A DNA stretch of 55,456 nt from Brevibacterium luteolum (GCF_013004595.1 NZ_JABEMC010000007.1:62001-117456); one strand, 5' to 3'; positions 9,162 to 19,304 are shown, numbered from the stretch's first letter. Made by a program: numbers and translations. The notes: a model not told the origin generated them from the letters alone.

Positions 9162-10503
9162 GGCTCGCAGCATCCAGGTCGCAGCCGGCCACCGCGTCAC
9201 CGGCAGCGTCAGCCTCACTCTCAGCGCGGCCCTCAGCCTCGCCAGCCGTCACGGTCACCGCGATGAAGTCTCCGCTGGCCCGCTTCACCCGCTCGGCCAT
9301 GAATGCGCTGATCGTAGGGAACTGCGCGACCGCCTCGGCATCGGCGTGTGCGCCCACCCTGGCGCCGCCGGCGGCCCGGATGGGCTCGGGCTGCTGGATG
9401 AGCACGAATCGGCGCGAGCCGCCGTCACGTCTGTTGAGCTCGATGACGGCCTGCGCGGTCGTGCCGGAGCCGGCGAAGAAGTCGAGCACGATCGCCTCGG
9501 GGTCGAACATCGTCTGGGAGGCGATGAGAGCGGTGAGCAGCTCGACGGGTTTGGGGTAGGCGAAGATCCCGCCGAGACCGAGGTCGATGAGGTCCTGCCG
9601 GCCGGTCTCGCCTAGTGCGCGGATGATCGAGTACATCTTCGAACTCGCCAGATGCGCCGGCGTCAGCCGCACCACCGCGTGCTTGCCTTCGCCCCATGGC
9701 CGCAGCTGGTAGTGCCCGGCAGCGATTCCGGCATCGACCTCGTCCTTCTTCGCCTGTCCGCGTACTGCGACGATGTCCTCATACATCAGCCGTCGCTCGG
9801 TTCCGCGCGTGTACTTGCCGAAGCTGACCCTGAGCACATCGTCTTCGACGAGCATGAGCTGTCCGTCGATGCGCTCGTACTTGGCCGGAGGCCGCTTCTC
9901 GGTGGTGAAGCCGCTGGCCTGTGCAGCGTCCTTGGCCCAGACGTGGACGTAGTCGTGGCCGCGGACGAAGAACTTCGCGTTCCCACCGCCCTTGGCGCGC
10001 TGGTGGACGAGCGTGCCGAGGAAGTTCTCCTCGCCGAAGATCTCATGGCACAGCAGCTGCACGGCTGCCGATTCCCGGTCGTCGATCGAAACGAAGATGA
10101 CTCCGTCGGCGCGCATGAGGGCACGGGCATGGACGAGCCTGGGATACATCATCGCCAGCCACGCATCCCTGCTGGTGACAGAGGCATCTGCACGCGCGCG
10201 ATCGGCGTAGCTCAGACTGCTGCCGGTGTTGTACGGCGGGTCGATATAGACGACCTTGACCCGCCCGGCAAGCGTGGGCTGCAGCAGCTTGAGGGCTGGC
10301 AGATTGTCGCCTTCGATGAGCAGGTTCGCATCCGCACCCACCCGGGTCTCCACCTCGGGCTCCATGGCCGTTTCCGAGGCCCCAGGCACCTTCCAGCCGG
10401 TGAGCCGGGCGCCGGCCTGGGAGTGCACCTCGGCTGCGGCCTGCTCTCGCAGCGGCCACAGCAGCTGCGGGCGGCCGATCGGTGTCAGCTCCACGTCAGT
10501 CAT
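9088..10503 (-). CDS. Orphan adenine DNA methyltransferase, Type III Mod-like (beta class)
   Basis: NLLIEGDNL, VYIDPPYNTG (motif IV), WLAMMYPRL, YPKPVELL, VLDFFAGSGTT (motif I). Start inferred from TATTAT-N7-ATG; alternatives 10512 and 10587. Confidence 0.88.
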   Translation of the reverse strand: MTDVELTPIGRPQLLWPLREQAAAEVHSQAGARLTGWKVPGASETAMEPEVETRVGADANLLIEGDNLPALKLLQPTLAGRVKVVYIDPPYNTGSSLSYADRARADASVTSRDAWLAMMYPRLVHARALMRADGVIFVSIDDRESAAVQLLCHEIFGEENFLGTLVHQRAKGGGNAKFFVRGHDYVHVWAKDAAQASGFTTEKRPPAKYERIDGQLMLVEDDVLRVSFGKYTRGTERRLMYEDIVAVRGQAKKDEVDAGIAAGHYQLRPWGEGKHAVVRLTPAHLASSKMYSIIRALGETGRQDLIDLGLGGIFAYPKPVELLTALIASQTMFDPEAIVLDFFAGSGTTAQAVIELNRRDGGSRRFVLIQQPEPIRAAGGARVGAHADAEAVAQFPTISAFMAERVKRASGDFIAVTVTAGEAEGRAESEADAAGDAVAGCDLDAASLRAAGEAQGAAAAGQSRTSAPAQP

Positions 10504-10703
10504 CTCGCTCATAATAAGGCGACGTGCATCGCTCGGACTCAAGGCGGGGTGCATCCGGCTATCGGGGTGTGGTCGGGCGCCTGCCATCGCTGGCCGGCGC
10601 CCGACCGTTGCCTCATCTCTATGGAGTTACTGAAGAACGTTCTGTCACTGCCCGGTGGGGCAGGCAGACGCTTGGGGCGGGGAAGGATAGGTGGAGCTGT
10701 CGG

Positions 10704-12347
10704 TCACACTCGGTTGAGCAGTTCCGCGTGTGCCTGATTGATGGGGTGGCTGGGCGGTTCGGATGTGGTGGTGACACCTCCGGGCAGCTGCCAGCTGAGC
10801 AATCCAGTCAGAGAGTCACGGGTGACAGAGATCTTCCGCTCGGTCTTCATCTGGTGGTGCTGGCGGCAGAGCGGGTGGAGATTCTGCATCGTCGTCAGCC
10901 CGCCTTCCCTCGGGCTGCTGTGGTTGAACGGGATGATGTGGTCTAGTTCGGCCTTGACGGCGGAACGGTCGCACCCCGGAAGAGTGCAGAACTGCCACTT
11001 CTCGACGAGCGCGGTTCTGAGCGGATCGGGAATCGTGTACTTTTCCGCTGCGTGGTCCAGCACGACTCCAGTCACTGGGTCGGTGAGGAGCCGGTACACG
11101 GTTGAGTGGCCGCTTCCTACCAATTGCCGGGCGGCGTCCGGTGCCACAGGGGCGCCGTTGACGGTGCCCGGCACCCCGACTGCGGATCGGTCTCCTGTGC
11201 AGCGTTCGGTGCTGGGGTTGCCACTGAGGAGTGTGAGCGCCGGTACGGTGATCGTGACGCGCGCCTGGCGCTTGAGCCAGTCGGATTCCGTCGGGCAGCT
11301 GATGCCGACTTCGCGGTAGTGCCTGCTGTAGTTCTCAGCCGTGGCATCGATGTCGATGCCGGCCGGATTCGCTGCCGGCACCGTCAGCCTGTCTGCCGTC
11401 GGTGGATCACCCGTGGCACCCGCACGAGCGGAGCCACCCGGGTTAACGGGTGCGCAGTCGTCGGCGGCAACCGTGACGGTTCCGGCCGGCAGGGAGTTGG
11501 CCAGGAAGTCGAAGATGAGCTCGCGCAGGGAACGATCGTCAGCGAGTTCGCCGGCATTGACGATGCCGAGACTTGAGGTGTTGCCGGTGATGACTGCCCG
11601 GGCGACACCGGTGAGGCGTGCTTCGAGGAGGGCGATGGCAGGCGACGGCCCACGAGCCACCATGGTGGCTTCTCCATGCGGATCGTAATGGAAGCTCACC
11701 CCTCGGCGCTGGCGGATGTGCTTGGTCTGGGATTCGCGTGTTGAGAGGCGGGCGACGAGCTGGCTCACCGCACGTTTGAACGCGGCCATGTCAGAGGCGC
11801 GGATGCGCACGAGCCCGTCGTCGTACTCCGGCAACACTGACGTGTCGAGGCTGCGCGCTCGCCGGGTGGCATGGGCATACCGCTCAAAGGAGAGCAGCTG
11901 CTTGGCGGCCTGCTCGGTCGCCTGGGGCAGGCAGATCATCCCGAGTGCCGCCGACCGGACCCGGTTCCCGATCTCGCTGGGCGTCACATCAAGCAGCTGA
12001 GCCGCATGGATGAGACTCGTGGCAGGGATGAGGGACTCGATCCACTCGTATGCTGCGCGTCGCCGGGCGTTGACAGCCTCACGTTCGGCCGGTGCCGTAT
12101 TGACGGACGGCGCCACAAGTTCGCGCACAGCGGCCAGCTGTTCGGCATGGCTGTCGGGGTTGTCAGCGCTGATGCGGCTGAGGAAGAGCTCGAAGAGGTT
12201 CTTCAGCTGCGCGAGGAGGTAGCTGTCGATGCTCCTGTGCGTCAGCTCGATCGTCGTGAGTGCGGCACTGAAATCCGACAGCTCGTCAAAGGCGGGATCA
12301 TCGCGGTGGGTTCTGCGCGTGAGTGTCGGCACGTCCATCAACTCCAT
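10704..12347 (-). CDS. HNH endonuclease, DUF222/13E12-repeat-like family
   Basis: C-terminal CTLPGC...ELDHIIPF...GGLTTMQNLHPLCRQHHQMKT preceded by RLLTDPVTG; long helical N-terminus. Confidence 0.85.
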   Translation of the reverse strand: MELMDVPTLTRRTHRDDPAFDELSDFSAALTTIELTHRSIDSYLLAQLKNLFELFLSRISADNPDSHAEQLAAVRELVAPSVNTAPAEREAVNARRRAAYEWIESLIPATSLIHAAQLLDVTPSEIGNRVRSAALGMICLPQATEQAAKQLLSFERYAHATRRARSLDTSVLPEYDDGLVRIRASDMAAFKRAVSQLVARLSTRESQTKHIRQRRGVSFHYDPHGEATMVARGPSPAIALLEARLTGVARAVITGNTSSLGIVNAGELADDRSLRELIFDFLANSLPAGTVTVAADDCAPVNPGGSARAGATGDPPTADRLTVPAANPAGIDIDATAENYSRHYREVGISCPTESDWLKRQARVTITVPALTLLSGNPSTERCTGDRSAVGVPGTVNGAPVAPDAARQLVGSGHSTVYRLLTDPVTGVVLDHAAEKYTIPDPLRTALVEKWQFCTLPGCDRSAVKAELDHIIPFNHSSPREGGLTTMQNLHPLCRQHHQMKTERKISVTRDSLTGLLSWQLPGGVTTTSEPPSHPINQAHAELLNRV

Positions 12348-12380
12348 CGTTCGGTTTGTGCGTTCGATAACAACAATCGT

Positions 12381-12401
12381 ACAGAGATGGTGTATCTCTG
12401 T
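12381..12401. promoter_or_regulatory. Palindrome in the AT-rich promoter region of the HNH gene
   Basis: ACAGAGAT-ggtgt-ATCTCTGT, adjacent to a minus-strand TACGAT -10-like hexamer. Confidence 0.45.
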
Positions 12402-12647
12402 CTATATATGTCCATGAATATTTTCTTCTCCCAAAAAACTCATATATTGCGACTTGTGGTCATTAGGTGCTGTGGATAGGGAATTCGCTCCGCGCCCGGA
12501 GCGGTGGCGCAAGAGCAGTGCACTCGAGTCGATCTCATCACCGCAGGTGAGCGAATCGCAGGGGAGGGCCGCTGGCTCGCCGTGTGAGGGCGGAGCGCCG
12601 TCCCCGAGTCGCCGCAGGCTCGACTTCGGGCCGCGAATCAGCCTTTC

Positions 12648-12702
12648 CATCCACACCCGCAGACGCCCGCATCCACACCCCCAGCCCGGCGCATCCACAC
12701 CC
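12648..12702. repeat. Three copies of CATCCACACCC at 22-bp period
   Basis: Copies start at 12648, 12670 and 12692. Confidence 0.75.
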
Positions 12703-12824
12703 GCCACCTCCCCCACGACGGCGACCGCCGCCTCGGGAGCGGGCGAATCCGCGGTGCGCGCACGCGGTCGTGGAGGGCTGGGATGACCCTGGCAGGGGAG
12801 CGGGGCGGGTGACATGATGGCGTC

Positions 12825-14057
12825 ATGAAGATCTCACGCATCGCCGTGGTCGGCGGCGGCATCATCGGCACGGCCGTCGCCCGCGAGCTCGCCCACCGCT
12901 TCGACGACGCCACTGTCACCCTCTTCGAGAAGGAACCGCATCTGGCCGCTCATCAGACCGGCCACAACTCCGGTGTCGTCCACGCCGGCCTGTACTACGA
13001 GCCCGGCAGCCTCAAAGCGAAGCTGTGCCGGGCCGGGGTGGAGAAGCTCGTGCGCTACGTCCACGAGCGCGGCATCCCCTACCAGGAGTGCGGCAAGCTC
13101 GTCGTCGCCCACGACACGATGGAGGTCGAGCGGCTGGAGAAGATCCACGAGCGCGCCACCGCCAACGGGGTCCCGCACGTCAAGCTGCTCGACCGGCATG
13201 AGATGCGCGAGGTCGAACCGAATGTGCGCGGAGTGCTCGCGCTGCACTCGCCGCACACCGCGATCGTCGACTTCGCTGCGCTGACCGAGGCGCTCGGCGC
13301 CGATGTCGAGGCCGCCGGCGGGCAGCTGCGCTTCAACTCCGAGGTCGCTCAGCTCGACACGCTCGGCAGCGAGGTCCGGATCCGCCTGGCGATGCCCGGC
13401 GCAAGCGAGTCGATGGTGACCGAGGACGCCGGGTCCTTCGACCTCGTCGTCACGTGCGCCGGCCTGCAGTCGGACCGGCTGGCGGTGAATTCCGGCCTTG
13501 ATCCGGTGCCGAAGATCGTGCCCTTCTACGGCGACTACTTCATCATCGATCGTCCCGCCGCCGAGGTGGTGCGCGGGCTGATCTATCCGGTCCCGGATCC
13601 GAAGTACCCGTTCCTCGGCGTGCACCTGACCCGGCGGGTCGACGGGGCGCTCATGCTCGGGCCCAACGCCTTCCTGTCGATGGGCCGGGAGTCGTACTCG
13701 AAGGGCGGGTTCGACCTGTCCGACATCGGCTCGACGCTGGGCTTCAAGGGGTTCTGGAAGTTCGCCTCGCAGAACATTGGGGCGGCCGCCCGCGAGGTGC
13801 GCACCGCGCTCAGCCCCAAGGCCTTCATCGAGGAGGCCCGCAAGTTCGTGCCCGACATCGACCCGATGACGGTGCGCAAGGGCCCGCGCGGCGTGCGCGC
13901 CCAGGCGATGGACGCCCAGGGCAACCTCGTCGACGACTTCGTCATCACCACCCGCGGCCGGCTCACCCAGGTGCGCAACGCACCGTCGCCGGGAGCGACG
14001 AGTTCGCTGGCGATCGCCGAGCACATTGTCGACCAGGCGGTCGCCGACCTGCGCTGA
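12825..14057 (+). CDS. lhgO: L-2-hydroxyglutarate oxidase
   Basis: VVGGGIIG FAD motif, HQTGHNSGVVHAGLYYEPGSLKAKLC, YPVPDPKYPFLGVH, NAPSPGATSSLAIA. Confidence 0.92.
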   Translation: MKISRIAVVGGGIIGTAVARELAHRFDDATVTLFEKEPHLAAHQTGHNSGVVHAGLYYEPGSLKAKLCRAGVEKLVRYVHERGIPYQECGKLVVAHDTMEVERLEKIHERATANGVPHVKLLDRHEMREVEPNVRGVLALHSPHTAIVDFAALTEALGADVEAAGGQLRFNSEVAQLDTLGSEVRIRLAMPGASESMVTEDAGSFDLVVTCAGLQSDRLAVNSGLDPVPKIVPFYGDYFIIDRPAAEVVRGLIYPVPDPKYPFLGVHLTRRVDGALMLGPNAFLSMGRESYSKGGFDLSDIGSTLGFKGFWKFASQNIGAAAREVRTALSPKAFIEEARKFVPDIDPMTVRKGPRGVRAQAMDAQGNLVDDFVITTRGRLTQVRNAPSPGATSSLAIAEHIVDQAVADLR

Positions 14058-14170
14058 GCCCGGTCAGTGCCGAGGCTCGGGGAGGTGCGCCTGTGCGGCA
14101 GTTGACCGGCCGGCCACAGGCCGGTGGTTAAGCTGGAGAGACCCGCACCCTCGACCCCAGGAGCACCGTG

Positions 14171-14500
14171 ATGGCAGGCACCCGACAGAACTACCCGGCT
14201 GAGTTCAAGGCCGATGCGGTCCGGCAGGTGCAGTCGTCTGCCCGGCCGGTCGCCGAAATCGCCCGGGACCTGGATGTCAATCCTCGCACGCTGCGCGGCT
14301 GGGTGGCAGCTGCCGAGCGCACGGCTGCCGGTTCTGCCGAGGCTGCCCGTGGTGCGGCATCGGATGCGATGCGCGAGGAGCTGGCCGCGCTGCGCGCTGA
14401 GAGCGAGCAGCTCAGGGCCGAGAACGCCGAGCTGCGCCGGCAGCTGGAGACGCAGCAGCGCTCCCGCCCGGCAGATGCCTACCGGCTGCGGAAGCGCTGA
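14171..14500 (+). CDS. IS3-family OrfA-like HTH protein without OrfB
   Basis: YPAEFKADAVR...VAEIARDLDVNPRTLRGWV HTH plus coiled coil EELAALRAESEQLRAEN; AGGAG RBS; no DDE ORF follows. Confidence 0.78.
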   Translation: MAGTRQNYPAEFKADAVRQVQSSARPVAEIARDLDVNPRTLRGWVAAAERTAAGSAEAARGAASDAMREELAALRAESEQLRAENAELRRQLETQQRSRPADAYRLRKR

Positions 14501-14521
14501 GTTGCCCTGCTCTCGGCGTGA

Positions 14522-15166
<645 letters not shown>

Positions 15167-15426
15167 GGTCGTCTCCTCACGGTGGTGGGAGATCACTGGG
15201 GACCTCCACTCATTTCTTCAACTGCCTCCACCGTATGAAGACCTCAGGTGCTGCCTGCGTCGCCTGTGTGCCCGTCACGTGTTCCGTGTGTCAGGCTCGT
15301 GACATCCCGCCCACTGGCGGTCTGATCAAGCAGAACCTGCCGTCGACCGAACCGCGAGCAGCCGGCCCGAACCGCGTGCAGCCGGCTCGCGCCTCGTTGG
15401 CTCGGACCGGCTGCACTCACGCCCGG

Positions 15427-16062
15427 TCAGTCGCGGCGGGTGGCGGTGAGGATCAGGTCGGTGAACTGCTCGTCGCGCACCACTGTGTCGACCTGCACCG
15501 CAGTGAGGAATTCCACCGCCGAGGCCTCGGCGAGGATCTCCTCGGCGCTCGGTCGCGCCACGGCAGGCGGCGGACCGTGCGGGGACTCCGGTGCGTGCAG
15601 GATCCACAGCAGCTGCCCGCCGGGTGCCAGCAGTCGGGCCGCGCGTGTGATCGCCGTGTCGATGCCGTGCAGATAGCCGGCGACGACGAGGTCGTAACGC
15701 TCAGCGGTCGTCTCCATCCACGGCACCAGGTCCGCGGTGATGCCGATGAGCGACTCATCCCAGCCCTCGGACTCCGCCCGCTCGCACAGCCGGGCGATCG
15801 CTGAGGGTGCGAAGTCGATCGCGGTCGTCTGCAGGCCAGCCCGGGCCAGCGGCGCGGTGTTGCGTCCGGCGCCGCTGCCGAGGTCGATCGCCTTGAGGGT
15901 GGCAAGCGCGTTGCCGCGCTCCTCGCCACCGGGGCGAGCCGAGGCATCGGGGAACAGCCCGGCGATCGCCTCCTCAACCTCGGGGTTGGGGTCGGTGCCG
16001 TCGACATCGGAGTCGTGATCGGCCCATCGTTCATTCCACATGCTGCGGTTGTCTCGGTCCAT
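15427..16062 (-). CDS. Class I SAM-dependent methyltransferase
   Basis: WNERW, AIDLGSGAGRN, AIDFAPSA, RLLAPGGQL. Confidence 0.85.
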   Translation of the reverse strand: MDRDNRSMWNERWADHDSDVDGTDPNPEVEEAIAGLFPDASARPGGEERGNALATLKAIDLGSGAGRNTAPLARAGLQTTAIDFAPSAIARLCERAESEGWDESLIGITADLVPWMETTAERYDLVVAGYLHGIDTAITRAARLLAPGGQLLWILHAPESPHGPPPAVARPSAEEILAEASAVEFLTAVQVDTVVRDEQFTDLILTATRRD

Positions 16063-16128
16063 CCCCCGATTCTATCGCTCGATACCCTGACGGGTATCAG
16101 CCGTTCTCTCAGCCGGTTGTCATCACTC

Positions 16129-17640
16129 TCAGTCGCCGGACCGGCGCTCGAGGAACTCGTAGACTTCAGTCGTATCGACACCGGGGAACACGCCCGGCGG
16201 CAGCGCGGCCAGAAGTGAGGCGTGCATGCGCGCCGACGGCCACGAGGCGTCGGCCCACTTCTCCTCCAGCTCATCTGGAGCCTGGCGGCAGCAGCTCGGG
16301 TCCGGGCAGCGGGACTGCGAGCGCTTCGTCGTCTCGCGGCCATCGAACCAGCGCACATGCTGGAACGGCACTCCGAGGCTGACGGAGAAGTCGCCGGCGC
16401 CCGGCAGCACCCGGGCGGTGCACCAGTACGTGCCCTTCGGGGTGTCGGTGTACTGGAAGTACGGGCTGAACCGGTCAGAGACCGTGAACACCTGCCGGGA
16501 GGTGAACCGCTTGCACCCGTACTGGCCCTCGATCGCTCCGAGCGGATCGGTGGGAAACGGCAGCCCGTCGTTCGAGTAGGCCTTGTGGATGGTGCCCGAC
16601 GAGTGCACCTTCATGAAGTGCACCGGCAGGCTCAGGTGCTCGGTGGCGAGGTTGGTGAACCGGTGGGCGGCGGTCTCGTAGCTGACGCCGAAGAAGTCGC
16701 GCAGCTCCTCCAGAGAAATCCGGCGATTCTTCTTCGCCTCCGTCAGGAACGGCACCGCGGCCGATTCCGGCAGCAGCAGTGCGGCTGACAGGTAGTTCGC
16801 CTCGACCCGCTGGGAGAGGAACTCGCCGTAGTCGTGCGGCGGTTGATGGCCGAGGATGTGCGAGGCGAGTGCGGTGAGCAGGTAGGAACGCGGGTCGTGC
16901 TCGGCCAAATCCTGATTCGACAGGTACAGCCGCTTGTTCTTCGTATCGGTCACCGACCGCGTCGACTTCGGCAGGTCCGAGACATAGTGCAGGCTGAAGC
17001 CCAGATGTTCGGCCAGCCGGGCGGCCTGCGCCTGCCGCAGCGGCCCATCGTCGTAGTCGATGACGTCGAGCAGCTCGGCCGCCGTCTGCTCCAGACCGGC
17101 GAAGTAGTTGTTCCTGGCGCGCATGTCCTCGCGCAGCCGCTTGTTCGCCCGCCTCGCTTCCTCCGGTGTGGCCGCGCGCCGGCGCACGAGCTGACTCAGC
17201 TGCCTCTGCAGACCGACGATTGCTTCCAGGGCATCCTGCGGCAGCGACTTCGCCCGCACCTGCGGCAGCTGCAGGGACGTATAGAGCGGCGAGGACTGCG
17301 CGCGCTCCAGCTCCAATTCCAGGGCGCTGCGCTCATCGACCGGCTCCGGATCGAGCAGCGCATCGGTCGTCGTGTCGAGCGCCTTGGCCAGGGCGGACAG
17401 CATCGACAGCGAGGGCTCGCGCTTGCCGTTCTCGATCGTCGAGATCTGCGAGGCCGCGCGGTCGACCCGACGGCCGAGCTCATCGAGCGTGAGCTTCTTG
17501 CGCCGCCGGTAGTGCCGGACCTTCTGCCCGATGCTCAGCGCGTCGGCCCCGGCCTGGTGCTCACCGGAGACGCCCGCGCCCCAGGCGGTGGCTGGGGTGC
17601 GTGAGGCGGCGATCGCCTCGGTTTGGATGATGTTGCTCAT
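16129..17640 (-). CDS. ramB: XRE-family short-chain acyl-CoA regulator (RamB/PrpR-like)
   Basis: N-terminal XRE HTH (ISTIENGKREPS), EANYLSAALLLP, VSYETAAHR, C-terminal Cys cluster CPDPSCC; divergent from aceA-aceB; CACAAT-N7-ATG start. Symbol inferred from family and context. Confidence 0.8.
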   Translation of the reverse strand: MSNIIQTEAIAASRTPATAWGAGVSGEHQAGADALSIGQKVRHYRRRKKLTLDELGRRVDRAASQISTIENGKREPSLSMLSALAKALDTTTDALLDPEPVDERSALELELERAQSSPLYTSLQLPQVRAKSLPQDALEAIVGLQRQLSQLVRRRAATPEEARRANKRLREDMRARNNYFAGLEQTAAELLDVIDYDDGPLRQAQAARLAEHLGFSLHYVSDLPKSTRSVTDTKNKRLYLSNQDLAEHDPRSYLLTALASHILGHQPPHDYGEFLSQRVEANYLSAALLLPESAAVPFLTEAKKNRRISLEELRDFFGVSYETAAHRFTNLATEHLSLPVHFMKVHSSGTIHKAYSNDGLPFPTDPLGAIEGQYGCKRFTSRQVFTVSDRFSPYFQYTDTPKGTYWCTARVLPGAGDFSVSLGVPFQHVRWFDGRETTKRSQSRCPDPSCCRQAPDELEEKWADASWPSARMHASLLAALPPGVFPGVDTTEVYEFLERRSGD

Positions 17641-17674
17641 GCTCTTCATTGTGACACACGGCACGAAAAAGCGT

Positions 17675-17780
17675 GCAGAAGACCAGAATTTCTAACCAGC
17701 AGAAGAATGATAAATCTTCTATCCATTTTCGATGGAAATCATGTGGTGCGGGGCACAAGACTAGGGAACACAGCAGAAGA
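17675..17780. promoter_or_regulatory. Candidate operator sites for the RamB-like regulator
   Basis: AGAAGA-N8-TCTTCT palindrome at 17701-17720; GCAGAAGA at 17675, 17699 and 17773 in an AT-rich divergent intergenic region. Confidence 0.5.
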
Positions 17781-17864
17781 ACCGGCCACCGCCTCGGCGG
17801 CGGCCACGACTGACAGAGAACCTCAGCGCCAAAGATCCGGCGCAGCTCGCAACAGGAGGACACC

Positions 17865-19154
17865 ATGGCACAGGACAACCAGCAGAATCTGCACGACGTC
17901 GACGCGCTGCGCCGCGAATGGGCATCGAGCCCGCGCTGGCAGGGCATCGCCCGCGACTACAGCCCCGAGGACGTCGTCACGCTGCGCGGCTCGGTCATCG
18001 AAGAGCACACGCTCGCCCGGCGCGGTGCTGAGCGCCTGTGGGACCTGCTGCACAGCGAGGACTTCGTCAATGCCCTCGGTGCGCTGACCGGCAACCAGGC
18101 CGTCCAGCAGGTCAAGGCCGGCCTCAAGGCCATCTACCTCTCCGGCTGGCAGGTCGCCGCCGACGCCAACCTCGCCTCGCAGACCTACCCGGACCAGTCG
18201 ATCTACCCGGCAAACTCGGTGCCGGCCGTCGTGCGCCGCATCAACAACGCGCTCATGCGCGCCGACCAGATCGAGCGCTCTGAAGGCATCTCCAGCGTCG
18301 AGGACTGGCTCGCCCCGATCGTCGCCGATGCCGAGGCAGGCTTCGGCGGTGCACTCAACGTCTACGAGCTCATGCGCGGCATGATCGCAGCCGGCGCCTC
18401 GGGCGTGCACTTCGAGGACCAGCTCGGCTCCGAGAAGAAGTGCGGCCACCTCGGCGGCAAGGTCCTCGTGCCGACCGCCCAGCACATCCGCACCCTCAAT
18501 GCCGCCCGCCTGGCCGCCGACGTCGAGAACGTCCCGAGTCTCATCATCGCCCGCACCGATGCCGAGGCCGCCACCCTCATGACGACCGACATCGACGAGC
18601 GCGACCAGAAGTACCTCACCGGTGAGCGCTCGGCCGAGGGCTACTACAAGGTCACCAACGGCATCGAGCCCTGCATCGACCGCGGCCTGGCCTTCGCCCC
18701 GTACTCCGACCTGCTGTGGATGGAGACCTCCACCCCGGACCTCGAGGTCGCCAAGCGCTTCGCCGAGGCGATCAAGAGCGAGTACCCGGACCAGATGCTG
18801 GCCTACAACTGCTCGCCGTCCTTCAATTGGAAGGCACACCTCGACGAGGACACGATCGCGAAGTTCCAGCGCGAGCTCGGTGCGATGGGCTACAAGTTCC
18901 AGTTCATCACCCTGGCCGGATTCCACGCACTGAACTACTCGATGTTCGATCTGGCCCACGGCTACGCCCGCGAGCAGATGAAGGCCTACGTCGAGCTGCA
19001 GGAGCGCGAGTTCGGCAGCGAGGACCGCGGCTACACCGCCACCAAGCACCAGCGTGAGGTGGGCACCGGCTACTTCGACCTCGTCTCCACCGCCATCAAC
19101 CCGGAGTCCTCGACCACCGCCCTGAAGGACTCCACCGAAGCCGCGCAGTTCTGA
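17865..19154 (+). CDS. aceA: Isocitrate lyase
   Basis: [22 protein letters not shown] catalytic motif, [19 protein letters not shown]. Confidence 0.98.
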   Translation: MAQDNQQNLHDVDALRREWASSPRWQGIARDYSPEDVVTLRGSVIEEHTLARRGAERLWDLLHSEDFVNALGALTGNQAVQQVKAGLKAIYLSGWQVAADANLASQTYPDQSIYPANSVPAVVRRINNALMRADQIERSEGISSVEDWLAPIVADAEAGFGGALNVYELMRGMIAAGASGVHFEDQLGSEKKCGHLGGKVLVPTAQHIRTLNAARLAADVENVPSLIIARTDAEAATLMTTDIDERDQKYLTGERSAEGYYKVTNGIEPCIDRGLAFAPYSDLLWMETSTPDLEVAKRFAEAIKSEYPDQMLAYNCSPSFNWKAHLDEDTIAKFQRELGAMGYKFQFITLAGFHALNYSMFDLAHGYAREQMKAYVELQEREFGSEDRGYTATKHQREVGTGYFDLVSTAINPESSTTALKDSTEAAQF

Positions 19155-19233
19155 TGCCCATCAGACGGTTCTGACCCCGCCAGAACTGCCGCGCCGCCGG
19201 CCGGTCCACCCGGCCGGCGCACCCCACACTCGT

Positions 19234-19282
19234 TCGACCTCGGCCCTGACGTTATTAGGGGTTCCGTCAGGGCCGGGGTCGA
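19234..19282 (+). promoter_or_regulatory. Intercistronic 18-bp stem-loop between aceA and aceB
   Basis: TCGACCTCGGCCCTGACG / CGTCAGGGCCGGGGTCGA (one G-U pair), 8 nt before the aceB RBS. Confidence 0.6.
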
Positions 19283-19304
19283 TCGGACCTAGGAGAGATT
19301 TCCC

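Noticed and set aside
9088..12347. Canonical Type III restriction-modification operon
   Set aside because: No Res helicase-nuclease gene in the window
12471..12479. DnaA-box-like TGTGGATAG beside an AT-rich patch (possible origin)
   Set aside because: Single mismatched box, no cluster, no dnaA or rep gene
12648..12702. Guide-RNA-like array associated with the HNH gene
   Set aside because: Only three 11-nt repeats with 11-nt GC-rich spacers, 300 bp from the HNH gene; too short to support the idea
14058..14521. Complete IS3 element
   Set aside because: No orfB/DDE domain, terminal repeats or target duplication visible
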